DNA of 64,000 nt. Source: an uncultured Chlorobiaceae bacterium (lineage in GTDB: Bacteria > Bacteroidota > Ignavibacteria > UBA10030 > SZUA-254). Positions 29,601 to 39,799 of this stretch are shown in pieces. The position numbers were made by a program, and so were the translations under genes. Each line of letters begins with the position of its first letter. Position 1 is the first letter of the stretch. The DNA is taken from NCBI GenBank assembly GCA_964471945.1, contig CAYYIJ010000001.1, positions 48,168-112,167 of the forward strand, read 5' to 3'. The notes under the pieces were generated by a model. It was not told the origin of the DNA. It ran no database searches and was given only the letters and a program-made list of their open reading frames with translations.

Positions 29601-29707
29601 TCGCGTACCCCAAGGAAAGTATAACCTATTACTCCGAATAAAATAATAATAAGAGACATTACAATCGTCAGCACGGGGCGCCTAATACATACAGCAGATA
29701 AACTCAA
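26654..29707 (-). CDS. RND-family efflux transporter permease (AcrB/CzcA-like).
   Basis: 1017 aa. 12-TM RND architecture with two large periplasmic loops; typical N-terminus RRPVLTIVMSLIIILFG. Confidence 0.9.
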   Translation of the reverse strand: MSLSAVCIRRPVLTIVMSLIIILFGVIGYTFLGVREYPNVDPAIITVNTAYTGANADVIESQITERLEDAISGVPGIRTINSTSRDGRSSITIEFDLAVDLETAANDVRDKVAGAARNLPPDVDPPVVSKADADASPIVILSIGSNTRNLLQLSDIADRTFKERLQTIPGVSEVRIFGEKRYSMRLWLNQAKLAAYQLTPLDVRSALNAENLELPAGRIEGNDVELTVRTLSRLETPEQFNNLIIREHNGQIIRFRDIGSAELGPENERSATKGLSGPRVAIAIVPQPGSNHIAIANEFFRRVELIKKDLPEDIELAKGFDTTEYIRASLEEVKETIIIAFILVVLIIFLFFRAWRTTLIPVFAIPLSLVGTFFIMYLADFSINILTLLGLILAIGIVVDDAIVVLENIYAKIEQGMDPIEAGLKGSKEVFFAVLSTTMTLIAVFMPIVFLQGFTGRLFKEFGIVIGGSVAISAFVALTLTAMLSSRIIKPHSKHNWFYNKTEPFFNKLIDLYRNSLNSFLQRRWLAFIVILLSAGMLSLFIIVIQKELAPLEDRSRLRISSTAPEGTSFERMDNYMNSLIDVIRQRVPEVRNVMANTSGFAGGANAGSMTITLNSPVDRDRTQNDIAEDLSRRVRQMNDARTIVTQEQTISVGTGMARFGLPVQYVLQAPNLIKLQDILPRFIDEVNNHPAFGVSDINLKFNKPELVISINRDRIRALGVSISDVAQTLQLTLGGQRYGYFIKDGKQYQVIGQLTRENRDEPMDLKSIFVRSRNGELIQLDNLVAISEQANPPQLYRFNRYKSATISAGLSPGYSLGDGINAMDEIANKVLDESFATSLAGAARDFSESSSSLIFVFLLALTLTYLILAAQFESFRDPLIIMFTVPLAIAGALFTLWYFSQTINIFSQIGMIMLIGLVTKNGILIVEFANQRKAKGLSIVDAVKSSAVARFRPILMTSLSTIFGILPIALGLGAGSESRVSMGIAVIGGLIFSGVLTLYVIPAMYTYLSEERKVTH

Positions 29708-29730
29708 ACAATCTCCTTTCTATTAATCTT

Positions 29731-30798
29731 TCATTCTTTGGAAAGCTTAACAGCCATGCCAGACCGTAATTGCAGGATAGCAGAAGTAATTAGTGTGTCG
29801 CCAGATTTTAATCCGTTCGTGATTTCTATATATTCTTCCGTTCGAGTTCCGATTTCGACCGTATGTTCTTCGACTTTTCCATTTTTATAGATAAATACTT
29901 TATGCTTTTTCATTTCAGGAATAACCGCATACGAAGGAACGGCGAGGGCTTCTTTTTCTTTTAATTGAACTTCCACGTTTGCAAACCTTCCCGGAAGAAG
30001 ATATCCATCGTGATTTGGGCATGTGGCTCTTATCCGTAATGTGCGTGTGTTAGGATCGACTTTTGGAGAGATAGCGTAAACTGTCGCATTAAATTGTCTA
30101 GATGTGCCCTGAACGTTGAATGTGATCTTGTTTCCTAACTTTATCTCTCCCGAATATTTTTCTGGAAAAGTAAAGTCAATTTTTACTCTGCTAATATCTT
30201 GAAACGTAGTAATGAGAGTAGATGGAGAAATGTAACTGCCTTCGCTGACATATCGAAGTCCGATAATTCCATCGAAGGGAGTGCGTATCTCGGTTTTATT
30301 GAGCTGAGCTTGAACCAATTGTGCTTCTGCTTTGATTACGTTCATCTCATTTACGGATTTTTCGTAATCTTCCGGACTGATTAAGTTTTTATCGGATAAT
30401 TGGCGTTGGCGTTCTTCTTGTTGCTCGGCTAACTTTTGTTTTGAGTGGGCTGATAGAAATCGTGCTTGAAGCTCGTCATCATTTATTTTCAGGAGTAATT
30501 CTCCCCTCTTAACTTTATCACCTTCTTTAAAATAAATATTGGTAATCTTCCCGGCAATCTCGCTTCTGATTTCCACTTCTTCGTTCGAAAGAATTGTTCC
30601 AACTGTAACAATTTTTTCACTAATTTTTTCCGGAAGTAATATCTGGTATTTAACGGATATTTGTGGATTCTGTGTGCTGGATGCCAGATTGTTGTTTTTA
30701 TTTGTGCCACCTTCGAAAAGGATTTTGATAAGAACAAAAGCAACAATTACTACACAAGTAATAATTGAGGTAAGCTTATAGCGATTTATTTTTGTCAT
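29731..30798 (-). CDS. RND efflux periplasmic adaptor (membrane fusion protein, HlyD family).
   Basis: 355 aa. N-terminal TM, coiled-coil, lipoyl/beta-barrel domains. Directly upstream of the RND permease. Confidence 0.85.
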   Translation of the reverse strand: MTKINRYKLTSIITCVVIVAFVLIKILFEGGTNKNNNLASSTQNPQISVKYQILLPEKISEKIVTVGTILSNEEVEIRSEIAGKITNIYFKEGDKVKRGELLLKINDDELQARFLSAHSKQKLAEQQEERQRQLSDKNLISPEDYEKSVNEMNVIKAEAQLVQAQLNKTEIRTPFDGIIGLRYVSEGSYISPSTLITTFQDISRVKIDFTFPEKYSGEIKLGNKITFNVQGTSRQFNATVYAISPKVDPNTRTLRIRATCPNHDGYLLPGRFANVEVQLKEKEALAVPSYAVIPEMKKHKVFIYKNGKVEEHTVEIGTRTEEYIEITNGLKSGDTLITSAILQLRSGMAVKLSKE

Positions 30799-31114
30799 GA
30801 TAATGTGTAAATGACTGATGTTGACACACAGAGTAGAATCAAATTAGTCAAACCTTGAATAAAATACAAACAAAACAGTTGTTTGGCAGTAAAAGTTTTT
30901 TTTCTTATATTCTGACATGAAATTCTTCCGACAGACAGAAAAAGTTTGGTTTAAACTTCAAATTCCGCAAATCCCAGGAAGACCTTACATTCTTTCCCTC
31001 TACGAGCACCAGGAATTCTTCTAAATCGCGTTTAGTTTTTGTCATTTTAATCATGAGGCAATTTTAAAATATTGCTTTATGAAACTAATAACTTATTACT
31101 ATTAACTTATAACT

Positions 31115-32467
31115 TTGATAAGGTGCTTTATGAAATTAAATATTTTACCTAAGGACGTTGAGTCCACTATCGGCAAGCATATGCTTGTTGACGTCCTCGA
31201 TTTTATCGTTGATCTTAAAAAAAGTGAAGGAGCATATATCTGGGATTCAAAATCAAATCGCAGGCTTCTCGATTTCTTTACATTCGTTGCTTCTATGCCG
31301 ATCGGTTTAAATCATCCAAAGATGATGACGCCGGAATTCAAAGAGAAGATGGCATACGTTTCCATCAACAAACCAACTAACTCCGACGTGTATTGCGTGG
31401 AGATGGCAGAGTTCGTTGAAACATTTTCCCGTGTTGCGATGCCGGATTATCTACCGTACGTTTTCTTTGTGGAGGGCGGCGCGCTTGGTGTTGAGAACGC
31501 TTTGAAAGCCGCGTTCGATTGGAAGATGCGTAAAAATCTTGCTAAAGGAATTTACAATGGCTTGCAGGATGAATCGAAGATGAAAGTAATTCACTTCCGT
31601 CAGGCATTTCATGGACGAACAGGTTATACAATGTCTCTGACCAACACAGACCCCACGAAGATTGATTACTATCCGAAATTCCAGTGGCCCCGCATCGATA
31701 ACCCGGTTGTAATATTTCCACTAACCGAAGAAAATCTGAAAGCGGTTCAGCGAGCAGAACAGCATTCTTTAAAACAGATTAAAGATGCGATCACTCGATA
31801 CAGGAATGATATCGCATCAATCATCATCGAGCCGATACAGGGTGAAGGGGGAGATAATCACTTCAGGAAAGAATTCTTCGAAGCGCTACGCACTATTGCG
31901 GATGAGAATGAAATCATGTTGATAATGGATGAGGTACAAACCGGTATCGGACTCACAGGTAAGATGTGGGCACATCAACACTTCGTAAAACCGGATATGA
32001 TAGCATTTGGAAAAAAAACACAGGTGTGCGGATTCATGTCGAGCAAGCGGGTAGATGAGGTGAAAGATAATGTTTTCAAAGTTGCTGGCAGGTTAAATTC
32101 AACTTGGGGTGGCAGTTTAGTAGATATGGTTCGCTCGCAGCGGTATCTTGAAATTATCGAGGAAGATAAACTTGTTGAGAATGCACGTGTTGCTGGTGAG
32201 TATCTACAGTCTCAATTACAAGCTATGCGAAACGAATTTCCGAAACTCGTCAGCAATCCACGTGGTAGAGGGCTATTCTGCGGATTCGATTTACCGACAA
32301 CTACATTACGAAACGAACTGCGGAAAAAAACATCAGAAAAAGGTCTCGTGATCCTCGGAAGTGGAGAAAGAGCAATGCGTTTCCGACCACCGCTCACAAT
32401 TCAGAATCGTGAGATTGATGAGGGAGTGAAGATACTAAAAGAATCGTTGAATGAACTAAATTATTAA
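31115..32467 (+). CDS. Class III PLP-dependent aminotransferase, L-lysine 6-transaminase-like.
   Basis: 450 aa. DEVQTGIGLTGKMWAHQHF ... AFGKKTQVCG motifs (the PLP lysine is in the GKK context). LAT-like assignment is tentative. Confidence 0.75.
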   Translation: MIRCFMKLNILPKDVESTIGKHMLVDVLDFIVDLKKSEGAYIWDSKSNRRLLDFFTFVASMPIGLNHPKMMTPEFKEKMAYVSINKPTNSDVYCVEMAEFVETFSRVAMPDYLPYVFFVEGGALGVENALKAAFDWKMRKNLAKGIYNGLQDESKMKVIHFRQAFHGRTGYTMSLTNTDPTKIDYYPKFQWPRIDNPVVIFPLTEENLKAVQRAEQHSLKQIKDAITRYRNDIASIIIEPIQGEGGDNHFRKEFFEALRTIADENEIMLIMDEVQTGIGLTGKMWAHQHFVKPDMIAFGKKTQVCGFMSSKRVDEVKDNVFKVAGRLNSTWGGSLVDMVRSQRYLEIIEEDKLVENARVAGEYLQSQLQAMRNEFPKLVSNPRGRGLFCGFDLPTTTLRNELRKKTSEKGLVILGSGERAMRFRPPLTIQNREIDEGVKILKESLNELNY

Positions 32468-32488
32468 TTCATCTAATATCTTGAAATT

Positions 32489-32517
32489 AAAAGCCCTGAC
32501 ATAAAATCAGGGCTTTT
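32489..32517 (+). terminator. Rho-independent terminator.
   Basis: aaagccctgacataaaatcagggcttttt. Confidence 0.7.
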
Positions 32518-32604
32518 TGTTTGATTTACATTATTAAAGATTGCATAATATTTGAAAAAGATACCAAAAATGGTTATTATTAATTGTTTTAATAACTATT
32601 CCAC

Positions 32605-33258
32605 ATGAAGATACCATATTTTAAAAAGGTTATGCAAGAGGAGAATATAGAAAATATTACTCAAAACGAAACAAATGGAGTTAAGCAAGATATTCCAGTT
32701 CAAGTGCCTGTGTTGAGTGAAGTTGATAAGCTAAACACAATAATTGTTGAACTCGAGAATACTGTTAACCAAAACAAAGATCAATTGCTTCGGAAAGCTG
32801 CCGAATTTGATAATTATAAAAAACGTATTGAAAATGATTATGCTAATCTCGTCAAGTTTGCTAATGAAAATTTAATTGAAAAACTTCTTCCTGTGTTGGA
32901 TGATTTCGATAGATCGTTCAAGGCGGTGAAGAATTCAGCAATTCAATGTGGATCATCAAATACTGAAAATAATAGTTTCCAAAAAGGGATAGAAATGATT
33001 CATAGTAAGTTTAAAAGAATTTTGGAATTGGAAGGTGTCAAACCGCTTGAAGTTCTTGGGCAGCCCTTTGATCCCCAGCTTCACGATGCTTTATTACAAA
33101 TTCAGAATAAAGAATATCCACCTCATACAGTTTTAGAGGAAGTAGAAAAAGGTTACACTCTCCACGACAAAATTCTTCGACATGCAAAAGTGATAGTTTC
33201 TGCCGAACCGATAGATGACCATTCGCACTCAAGTGTGGAATCAGAGGGTGGAGAATGA
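32605..33258 (+). CDS. grpE: Nucleotide exchange factor GrpE.
   Basis: Coiled-coil N-terminus. GrpE signature region FDNYKKR...[10 protein letters not shown] and a C-terminal beta domain. Confidence 0.9.
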   Translation: MKIPYFKKVMQEENIENITQNETNGVKQDIPVQVPVLSEVDKLNTIIVELENTVNQNKDQLLRKAAEFDNYKKRIENDYANLVKFANENLIEKLLPVLDDFDRSFKAVKNSAIQCGSSNTENNSFQKGIEMIHSKFKRILELEGVKPLEVLGQPFDPQLHDALLQIQNKEYPPHTVLEEVEKGYTLHDKILRHAKVIVSAEPIDDHSHSSVESEGGE

Positions 33259-34439
33259 CAATGGCAAAACGAGATTATTATGAAATCCTCGGAGTACCTC
33301 GAAGTGCAACCATAGATGAAATAAAAAAATCGTATCGAAAAGCTGCTATGCAGTGGCATCCCGATCGCAATCCAGGGAACAAAGATGCAGAAGAAAAATT
33401 CAAAGAAGCAGCAGAAGCTTATGAAGTGTTGAGCGATGAAAATAAACGTCAACGCTACAATCAATTTGGTCATGAAGGATTGCGCCCTGGTGCTGATTTT
33501 CATACCTACACAAACTTCGATGATGTCTTCAGGCATTTCAGTGATATTTTCGGTGGTGGAATCGGTAGCAGTATTTTTGAGGATGTATTCACAGGTGGCA
33601 GAAGCCAATCACGCAGCCGATCTCAAATGGGTGTTCCCGGCTCTGATCAGAAAATTCGGTTAAAGTTAACTCTTGAGGAAATTGCAACCGGTGTTGAGAA
33701 AAAACTTAAAGTAAAACGATATAAAACTTGTGATGTTTGCAGTGGGAGTGGGTCGAGGGCAGGGTCATTAAAAGCAACTTGTCCCGCATGCGGTGGCAAG
33801 GGCGAAATACGACAAGTTGCTCGTTCGGTTTTCGGTCAATTTGTTAGTGTTACCATGTGCAATAATTGTAATGGAGAAGGACGAATAATTAAAGAACAAT
33901 GTTCAAGTTGTGGTGGAGAAGGAAGAGTCCATGGAGAATCTACTATTAAGGTAAATGTTCCTCCAGGTGTCTCTGAAGGGAATTACATACCGCTTCATGG
34001 GCAAGGAAATGCCGGGCAGCGTGGCGGTCCACCTGGGGATTTGATTGTAATAGTTGAAGAGGAATCGCATAATATTTTCACGCGTAACGGTGATGATATT
34101 ATTCTTGACCTTATCATTAGTTATCCACAAGCTGCCTTAGGCGCTGAAATAGAAGTGCCGACGTTATCTGGACATGCGAGATTGAAAATTGAACAAGGGA
34201 CTCAATCAGGGAAAATTCTTCGGATGAGAGGAAAGGGAATTCCAAATCTTCGCGGCAATTACCGCGGCGATCAACTAGTTCGTGTGAATGTTTGGATACC
34301 TACTCGTCTTTCGAAAGAAGACAAGGAACTTCTTAGATTGCTTGCAAAAAGTGATAACATTCAACCCCACGAGGGTGATAAATCTGCACATTCTGATAAG
34401 AGTTTTTTCGAGAAAATGAAAGATATTCTTTCTAAGTAA
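33255..34439 (+). CDS. dnaJ: Chaperone DnaJ.
   Basis: J-domain DYYEILGV...HPDRN, G/F-rich linker, and four CxxCxGxG zinc-finger repeats. ATGA overlap with grpE. Confidence 0.95.
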   Translation: MTMAKRDYYEILGVPRSATIDEIKKSYRKAAMQWHPDRNPGNKDAEEKFKEAAEAYEVLSDENKRQRYNQFGHEGLRPGADFHTYTNFDDVFRHFSDIFGGGIGSSIFEDVFTGGRSQSRSRSQMGVPGSDQKIRLKLTLEEIATGVEKKLKVKRYKTCDVCSGSGSRAGSLKATCPACGGKGEIRQVARSVFGQFVSVTMCNNCNGEGRIIKEQCSSCGGEGRVHGESTIKVNVPPGVSEGNYIPLHGQGNAGQRGGPPGDLIVIVEEESHNIFTRNGDDIILDLIISYPQAALGAEIEVPTLSGHARLKIEQGTQSGKILRMRGKGIPNLRGNYRGDQLVRVNVWIPTRLSKEDKELLRLLAKSDNIQPHEGDKSAHSDKSFFEKMKDILSK

Positions 34440-34928
34440 ATGAATTTTCTAACAAAAATCAACCAGACATTCGGCTTGACTAATACTGAGAGTCGAGTTA
34501 TACTTTTCCTTATCGTAACTTTCATCATCGGTGTGGGATTGAAAATCATTAAGTTTTCTCCTCAACAAAAATTTTCATACAATTATACAGCCTTAGATTC
34601 GGAATTCGCTGCTCGATCAAATCTTATTTCTATTTCTGATTTAGATAGTTCAAAAAATACTTCTACTGATAGCACCACAAGGATAATGAGAGTTAATAAG
34701 AAGACTAAATCTAAAGATAGTATAGCACCAAAGAGCATTAATATTAATACTGCAACGAAAGAGGAATTGATGAAACTCCCCGGTATTGGAGAAGTGATAG
34801 CGGATAGAATCATTCTCTATCGAAAGGTAAACGGTACCTTCTCATCTATCGAGGATATTATGAATGTTAAAGGGATTGGGAAAAAGAAATTCGAGCGGCT
34901 AGCACCCTACGTCATAGTGGGGAAATAA
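34440..34928 (+). CDS. comEA: ComEA-family helix-hairpin-helix DNA-binding protein.
   Basis: N-terminal TM. C-terminal tandem HhH: INTATKEELMKLPGIGEVIADRII...VKGIGKKKFERL. Confidence 0.8.
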   Translation: MNFLTKINQTFGLTNTESRVILFLIVTFIIGVGLKIIKFSPQQKFSYNYTALDSEFAARSNLISISDLDSSKNTSTDSTTRIMRVNKKTKSKDSIAPKSININTATKEELMKLPGIGEVIADRIILYRKVNGTFSSIEDIMNVKGIGKKKFERLAPYVIVGK

Positions 34929-35795
34929 ATGAGTAAAGAGATAGTTGCGGGTATTGGTCTTGATAACGATCGTGCTACTTTAGTTATACTTAAAGTCAAA
35001 GAAAAAGTAACCAAGCTTTTATACATTGAAGAATTTGTGAAAACGAACGCAGAAGAACTGTGGTTTTTGGAAAAAATTTTACATCCGGTAAATCGGAGAT
35101 TCAAAAAAATTAAAAAAGTATCAATTGCTATTGATTCTACTTCGGCTTTTCTTCATTTATTTCCTTTGGATGAGACGCTCAATCAGTCAGAACAAAATGA
35201 ACATATTCATTGGGAGCTTTCCAATTTTATTAAAGATTACAATTCCAAAGATTATATAAACGATCCTCACATACTAAAGACCCATGCACGAGAACAAGTT
35301 GCTGATGTTCTTGTCGTATCTGCTAAGCGATCCTTGATATCTGATGTCCAAGAAGCTCTGAGGAATAAAGGAATAGAATTACATATCATAGATACAAATT
35401 ATTTTGGAGCGGAATGTTCCCTATTGAATGCTATACCGGAAATAAAAACGAAGACAATTGGTTTAGTGCATCTAACGTCCAATAGTTATGATGTTGGAAT
35501 AATTTCTAATGCACGATTGATACAGTATAGTTTTGGTATTGCAGCATCTCCGGAGGTTATTGCGGAAAGATTACAAAATATAACGAATGAATCATCAATA
35601 ACACAAATATTTTGTTGTGGGTCTGCAGGATCGGTTGAATTTGTTGAAAATTTAGGAAACATCACGGGCATACACACGCTTTTTTTCAATCCTTTCGGTA
35701 AAATAAAAACATCCCGATGCAAGGATTATACAAATATCCTTGGTTCTGAGCATCGTTTTGCTGCCTCGACGGGAATCGCTTTATGGCGACGATGA
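34929..35795 (+). CDS. Hypothetical protein, possibly PilM-like (actin/Hsp70-fold) assembly protein.
   Basis: N-terminal IVAGIGLDNDRATLVILK and C-terminal ASTGIALW are reminiscent of PilM. Weak evidence. Confidence 0.35.
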   Translation: MSKEIVAGIGLDNDRATLVILKVKEKVTKLLYIEEFVKTNAEELWFLEKILHPVNRRFKKIKKVSIAIDSTSAFLHLFPLDETLNQSEQNEHIHWELSNFIKDYNSKDYINDPHILKTHAREQVADVLVVSAKRSLISDVQEALRNKGIELHIIDTNYFGAECSLLNAIPEIKTKTIGLVHLTSNSYDVGIISNARLIQYSFGIAASPEVIAERLQNITNESSITQIFCCGSAGSVEFVENLGNITGIHTLFFNPFGKIKTSRCKDYTNILGSEHRFAASTGIALWRR

Positions 35796-35796
35796 T

Positions 35797-36363
35797 ATGA
35801 GAATTATTACAGGAAAATTCAAAGGCAGAACACTGTCATCAATTCAGATTAAAGGTTTACGCCCTGCCACGGATCGCGTTAAAAGTACAATCTTTAATAT
35901 GCTTCAAAATAGAGTGCAAATTAAAGGTGCCAATGTGTTAGATTTGTTTGCGGGCAGTGGAAATTTAGGTTTTGAGGCGATAAGTCGTGGAGCTACATCG
36001 GTATTGTTTGTGGATGACTCGAATGAAATTCTAGATATCGTGGAAAAGAATGCGAAACAACTAAATTGTCTAGATATGTGTATCATTATTCAGAGTGATG
36101 CAGAATCATTTCTCAAGAAGACAGACAAAAGCTTCGATTTGATATTTGCCGATCCACCATATGCTTATGAGAGAACAGCAGAGCTTCCAGAAACAATATT
36201 TAATAGGAAACTATTAACAGCAGATGGATACTTGATAATAGAACATTCGAAACACACGAAGATTACAGAATCGAAATTGTATCAAATGGAAGTGCAGAAG
36301 GAATTCGGTAACACACGGGTTAGTTTCTTCATTCACCCAAAAGAAAAAGGAGATGATAAATGA
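35797..36363 (+). CDS. rsmD: 16S rRNA (guanine966-N2)-methyltransferase RsmD.
   Basis: RIITGKFKGRTL...VLDLFAGSGNLGFEAISRGA...ADPPY. Start moved to the internal Met; the ORF-track start at 35740 overlaps the upstream gene. Confidence 0.8.
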   Translation: MRIITGKFKGRTLSSIQIKGLRPATDRVKSTIFNMLQNRVQIKGANVLDLFAGSGNLGFEAISRGATSVLFVDDSNEILDIVEKNAKQLNCLDMCIIIQSDAESFLKKTDKSFDLIFADPPYAYERTAELPETIFNRKLLTADGYLIIEHSKHTKITESKLYQMEVQKEFGNTRVSFFIHPKEKGDDK

Positions 36364-36848
36364 GAATTGCAATTTATCCTGGCACATTCGATCCGATCAC
36401 GTACGGGCACATCGACATCATTGAGCGGGCAAGAGAAATATTCGATAAGGTAATCGTCATGGTTGCACAGAATCCTGAAAAGCAGCCGCTCTTCTCGAAC
36501 TCTAAAAGAGTGAAGATGATAAAACAAGTGGTTGTCAAATATAAAAACGTAGAGGTTGATAGTTTTAATGGTTTACTTGTTGAGTTTGCGAAGCGGAAAA
36601 AGGCAACAGCAATCGTAAGGGGATTACGCGCGGTTTCCGATTTTGAATATGAGTTCCAGATGGCTTTGATGAACCGAAAACTTGAAGATGAAATTACAAC
36701 TGTTTTCCTAATGCCTCACGAAAAATATACTTATCTCAATTCAAGTCTTGTTCGTGAGTTAGCAGGATTGGGTGGTGATATATCTGAGTTTGTACCGCCG
36801 ATTGTTCAGCAGCTTCTCTCGAAGAAAATAAAAAGTTTAAGGAAATAA
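36360..36848 (+). CDS. coaD: Phosphopantetheine adenylyltransferase.
   Basis: MRIAIYPGTFDPITYGHIDII. 162 aa. Confidence 0.95.
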   Translation: MRIAIYPGTFDPITYGHIDIIERAREIFDKVIVMVAQNPEKQPLFSNSKRVKMIKQVVVKYKNVEVDSFNGLLVEFAKRKKATAIVRGLRAVSDFEYEFQMALMNRKLEDEITTVFLMPHEKYTYLNSSLVRELAGLGGDISEFVPPIVQQLLSKKIKSLRK

Positions 36849-36851
36849 TTT

Positions 36852-38048
36852 GTGAAGCCGCTATCTATAAAAGTTCAACAGATTGAAAAATCGAGAACTG
36901 CTGTTTTGACCGGTTTAGCGAATCAAATGAGGCGTGAAGGTATCGATGTAATTGTTTTGACGGCGGGTGAACCGGATTTTCCGACACCAGCGCACATCAA
37001 ACGTTCTGCAATCAGAGCAATTGAAGAAAACCACACACACTATACTTTGCTTGAAGGTATTCCAGAATTAAAGGATGCTATCATCCAAAAGTTTAAGCTT
37101 GATAACAACCTGCATTTTGAGCGCTCACAGATATTGGTTTCGTGTGGTGCCAAGCAATCAATATTCAATACACTACAAGCTATTTGCAATTCCAATGACG
37201 AAGTAATAATTCAAGCTCCACATTGGGTTACGTATCCTTCGATGATCAAACTGGTAGGAGCTATCCCAAGGATTATTGAGACGAACGCAGAAACAAGATT
37301 TAAAGTTACTGCTAAGCAATTGCGAAAAGTAATTAATGCGAAGACAAAAGTGGTTTTGTTCAACACACCCGCAAATCCCACCGGTGCAGTTTATTCTCAA
37401 GGTGAGATTGAAGAGCTTGCCGAGGTTGTCAGGCAGACTGGAATCTATGTGATCTCTGATGAAGTCTATGAGAAGATAGTTTTTAATGGAGTGAAACACT
37501 TCAGTATAGGAAGCATCAAGCAAATAAAGGATCAAGTCATTACTGTGAATGGAGTATCAAAAGCGTATGCGATGACGGGATGGAGGATTGGTTATCTCGG
37601 TGCTACTGAAGAAATCACTCGTGCGTGTGCTAAGGTTCAGGGACAGATAACTTCCAATGCAAACTCAATCGCTCAACATGCTGCAGTAACAGCTTTAACA
37701 GGTTCTCAAGAGGATGTAGAAACAATGCGGAAAGAATTTGAGAAGCGGAGGGATTTCGTTATCGGACAGTTATCGAAAGTTTCCGGGATTGAGTTTATTA
37801 AACCACAGGGTGCATTCTATTTTTTTCCCTCTGTGAAATCGTTCGTTGGAAAGCGAGTTGACGGAAAGCTCATGAAAGATGATGAAGAGATTTGCCGATT
37901 TTTACTGGAGGAAGAACATCTCGTAATTGTTCCCGGCTCACCGTTTGGAGTTAAAAATCATTTCAGGATATCATTCGCTTGTTCGATGAAGGAATTGGAA
38001 GAAGGGATGAAACGGCTGAGAAGTGGAATTAATAAGTTACAATCCTAA
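36852..38048 (+). CDS. Class I/II PLP-dependent aminotransferase (aspartate/aromatic aminotransferase family).
   Basis: 398 aa. GVSKAYAMTGWRIGY with the PLP-lysine context. GTG start. Confidence 0.85.
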   Translation: MKPLSIKVQQIEKSRTAVLTGLANQMRREGIDVIVLTAGEPDFPTPAHIKRSAIRAIEENHTHYTLLEGIPELKDAIIQKFKLDNNLHFERSQILVSCGAKQSIFNTLQAICNSNDEVIIQAPHWVTYPSMIKLVGAIPRIIETNAETRFKVTAKQLRKVINAKTKVVLFNTPANPTGAVYSQGEIEELAEVVRQTGIYVISDEVYEKIVFNGVKHFSIGSIKQIKDQVITVNGVSKAYAMTGWRIGYLGATEEITRACAKVQGQITSNANSIAQHAAVTALTGSQEDVETMRKEFEKRRDFVIGQLSKVSGIEFIKPQGAFYFFPSVKSFVGKRVDGKLMKDDEEICRFLLEEEHLVIVPGSPFGVKNHFRISFACSMKELEEGMKRLRSGINKLQS

Positions 38049-38585
38049 TTCCACTGAGATGGATTTCATCGTATTAATGACAAACTGAATGTGTTCATCC
38101 ATCGAAACATTCAGCTCTTCACATCCTTTGGTAATATCCTCTCGGTTCACATTCGCAGCGAACCGTTTATCTTTCAATTTTTTCTTGACAGAAGAAATTT
38201 CAAGATCAGCAATTTTATTTGGACGGATAACTGCAACAGCGCTGATGAAACCGCATAACTCATCACAAGCGTAAAGGATTTTTGCCATCAGTGTATCGCG
38301 TGCAACACCCGAATACGTTGCGTGCCCTAATATCGCACGACGCACATCTTCAGGGTAACCTTTCTCTTTTAAAATCTCCGAACCCTTCATCGGATGATCG
38401 GGAGCGGTTGGATACATTTCATAATCGAAGTCGTGCAATAAGCCAACAATAGCCCACTTTTCTTCATCCTCGTTATACTTTTGAGCGTATGCACGCATGG
38501 CGGCTTCGACTGCGTACATATGTTTTAATAATGCTTCGTTTTTTGTGTACTCTTTTAAAAGAGTGAGTGCATCCTGTCGGTTCAT
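38037..38585 (-). CDS. HD-domain phosphohydrolase.
   Basis: 182 aa. H..GLLHDFDY... HD motif. Confidence 0.8.
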   Translation of the reverse strand: MNRQDALTLLKEYTKNEALLKHMYAVEAAMRAYAQKYNEDEEKWAIVGLLHDFDYEMYPTAPDHPMKGSEILKEKGYPEDVRRAILGHATYSGVARDTLMAKILYACDELCGFISAVAVIRPNKIADLEISSVKKKLKDKRFAANVNREDITKGCEELNVSMDEHIQFVINTMKSISVELGL

Positions 38586-38640
38586 AGTTATTTATCCCTA
38601 ATCATGTATTAGAAAATGTAATTGGTAGAGAAAAGTTAGT

Positions 38641-38806
38641 ACTAGAGACATCTGAAATATTGTTTCTCGTGCCAAAGGCATCATTTCGTGACAAAGATGC
38701 AAAGATCACTAAGGTTTGATGTTTGAACACAACATTTTCTTTGCGACCTTAGCGAGCTTTGCGAGATGTATTGTTTTGAATTTTTCAGAAGTATCTAATA
38801 TTTAAT
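38641..38806. repeat. MITE-like intergenic element with imperfect terminal inverted repeats (tagagacWtctgaaa). Encloses a reverse-oriented cgcaaag-family unit.
   Basis: Left end tagagacatctgaaatatt, right end tttcagaagtatctaatatt. Interior is tttgcgaccttagcgagctttgcgag (rc of the cgcaaag triplet core). Confidence 0.55.
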
Positions 38807-39121
38807 TCTTTTCCTGTTGCTTTGGGAAATAATTCAATCACAAGAATTTTCTTAATGCGATTTGTAAATTTCGCAGCAGCTCAACTTCCATCGCACCCAA
38901 CAGAGAAAAGGTCTCTTCTAAAAAGTTTACCGTTTCTTACACTTTATCCAATTTAACACTTTTTATTGAATTTTTCGGGATTATGGTGGTGGCTGACAAG
39001 TCGCCGTCATAGATTATCGTAAGCCCCGATTACTCGGGATACCCGCTTACATTATACTCCAGGATCAATGTTGTTTGGTCTTTTTGATTTCGGGAAGATT
39101 CTTTCTATATTTAACATAATT

Positions 39122-39748
39122 ATGGATATTGTCAATGCAAATATTGTCGACTATCTTTTAAATGTTACGCCCGAGCGTGATGACGTGTTAGAGGATATGG
39201 AGGAATATGCACTCGCCCGCAACTTCCCTATCGTCGGTCCATTGGTTGGCCGTTTACTCTTCCTCTTAACCAAATCAATCCAGGCACAGCGTGTTCTCGA
39301 GTTAGGTTCAGGTTTCGGTTACTCAGCTTACTGGTTTGCAAAAGCTGTTGCAAAAGATGGTGAAGTAGTTTGCACAGAAGGCGACCCCGATAATATTGCT
39401 CATGCAAAAGAATATTTCCATCGCGCGAAGATTGCAAATAAAATAACTTACCTCACGGGTGATGCGTTGAAGGTCATCGATGAAGTTAACGGGCAGTTTG
39501 ATATTATTTTTAATGATGTTGACAAACACCAATACCCAAAAGCATATCGCAAAGCTGTTCCTCGTTTGAGGAAGGGTGGACTATTAATAAGCGATAACGT
39601 TTTATGGAATGGTAAAGTTGTTCAAAACAATCCTGATAGAGAAACTGCTGGCATTCTCACCTACAATCGACTTGTATATTCATCAAAGGAATTCTTTACA
39701 ACTATTATTCCTCTTAGGGATGGTATCTCCATAAGCATCAAACTCTAA
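39122..39748 (+). CDS. Class I SAM-dependent O-methyltransferase (caffeoyl-CoA OMT / YrrM-like).
   Basis: VLELGSGFGYSAYWFA...DIIFNDVDKHQYP. Start set at the internal Met, downstream of the ORF-track start. Confidence 0.8.
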   Translation: MDIVNANIVDYLLNVTPERDDVLEDMEEYALARNFPIVGPLVGRLLFLLTKSIQAQRVLELGSGFGYSAYWFAKAVAKDGEVVCTEGDPDNIAHAKEYFHRAKIANKITYLTGDALKVIDEVNGQFDIIFNDVDKHQYPKAYRKAVPRLRKGGLLISDNVLWNGKVVQNNPDRETAGILTYNRLVYSSKEFFTTIIPLRDGISISIKL

Positions 39749-39799
39749 GTTTTTTCACACCACGGTAGATACTTACACCTAAAAAATATATTTTAAAAC

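Noticed and set aside
38807-39121. Possible riboswitch or structured leader upstream of the SAM-dependent O-methyltransferase (cccgattactcggg hairpin, gggattatggtggtggctgacaagtcgccgtcatag).
   Set aside because: I could not map it onto any known riboswitch consensus (SAM-I/II, SAH, cobalamin). Hairpins are abundant in this repeat-rich spacer. It would need an Rfam scan.
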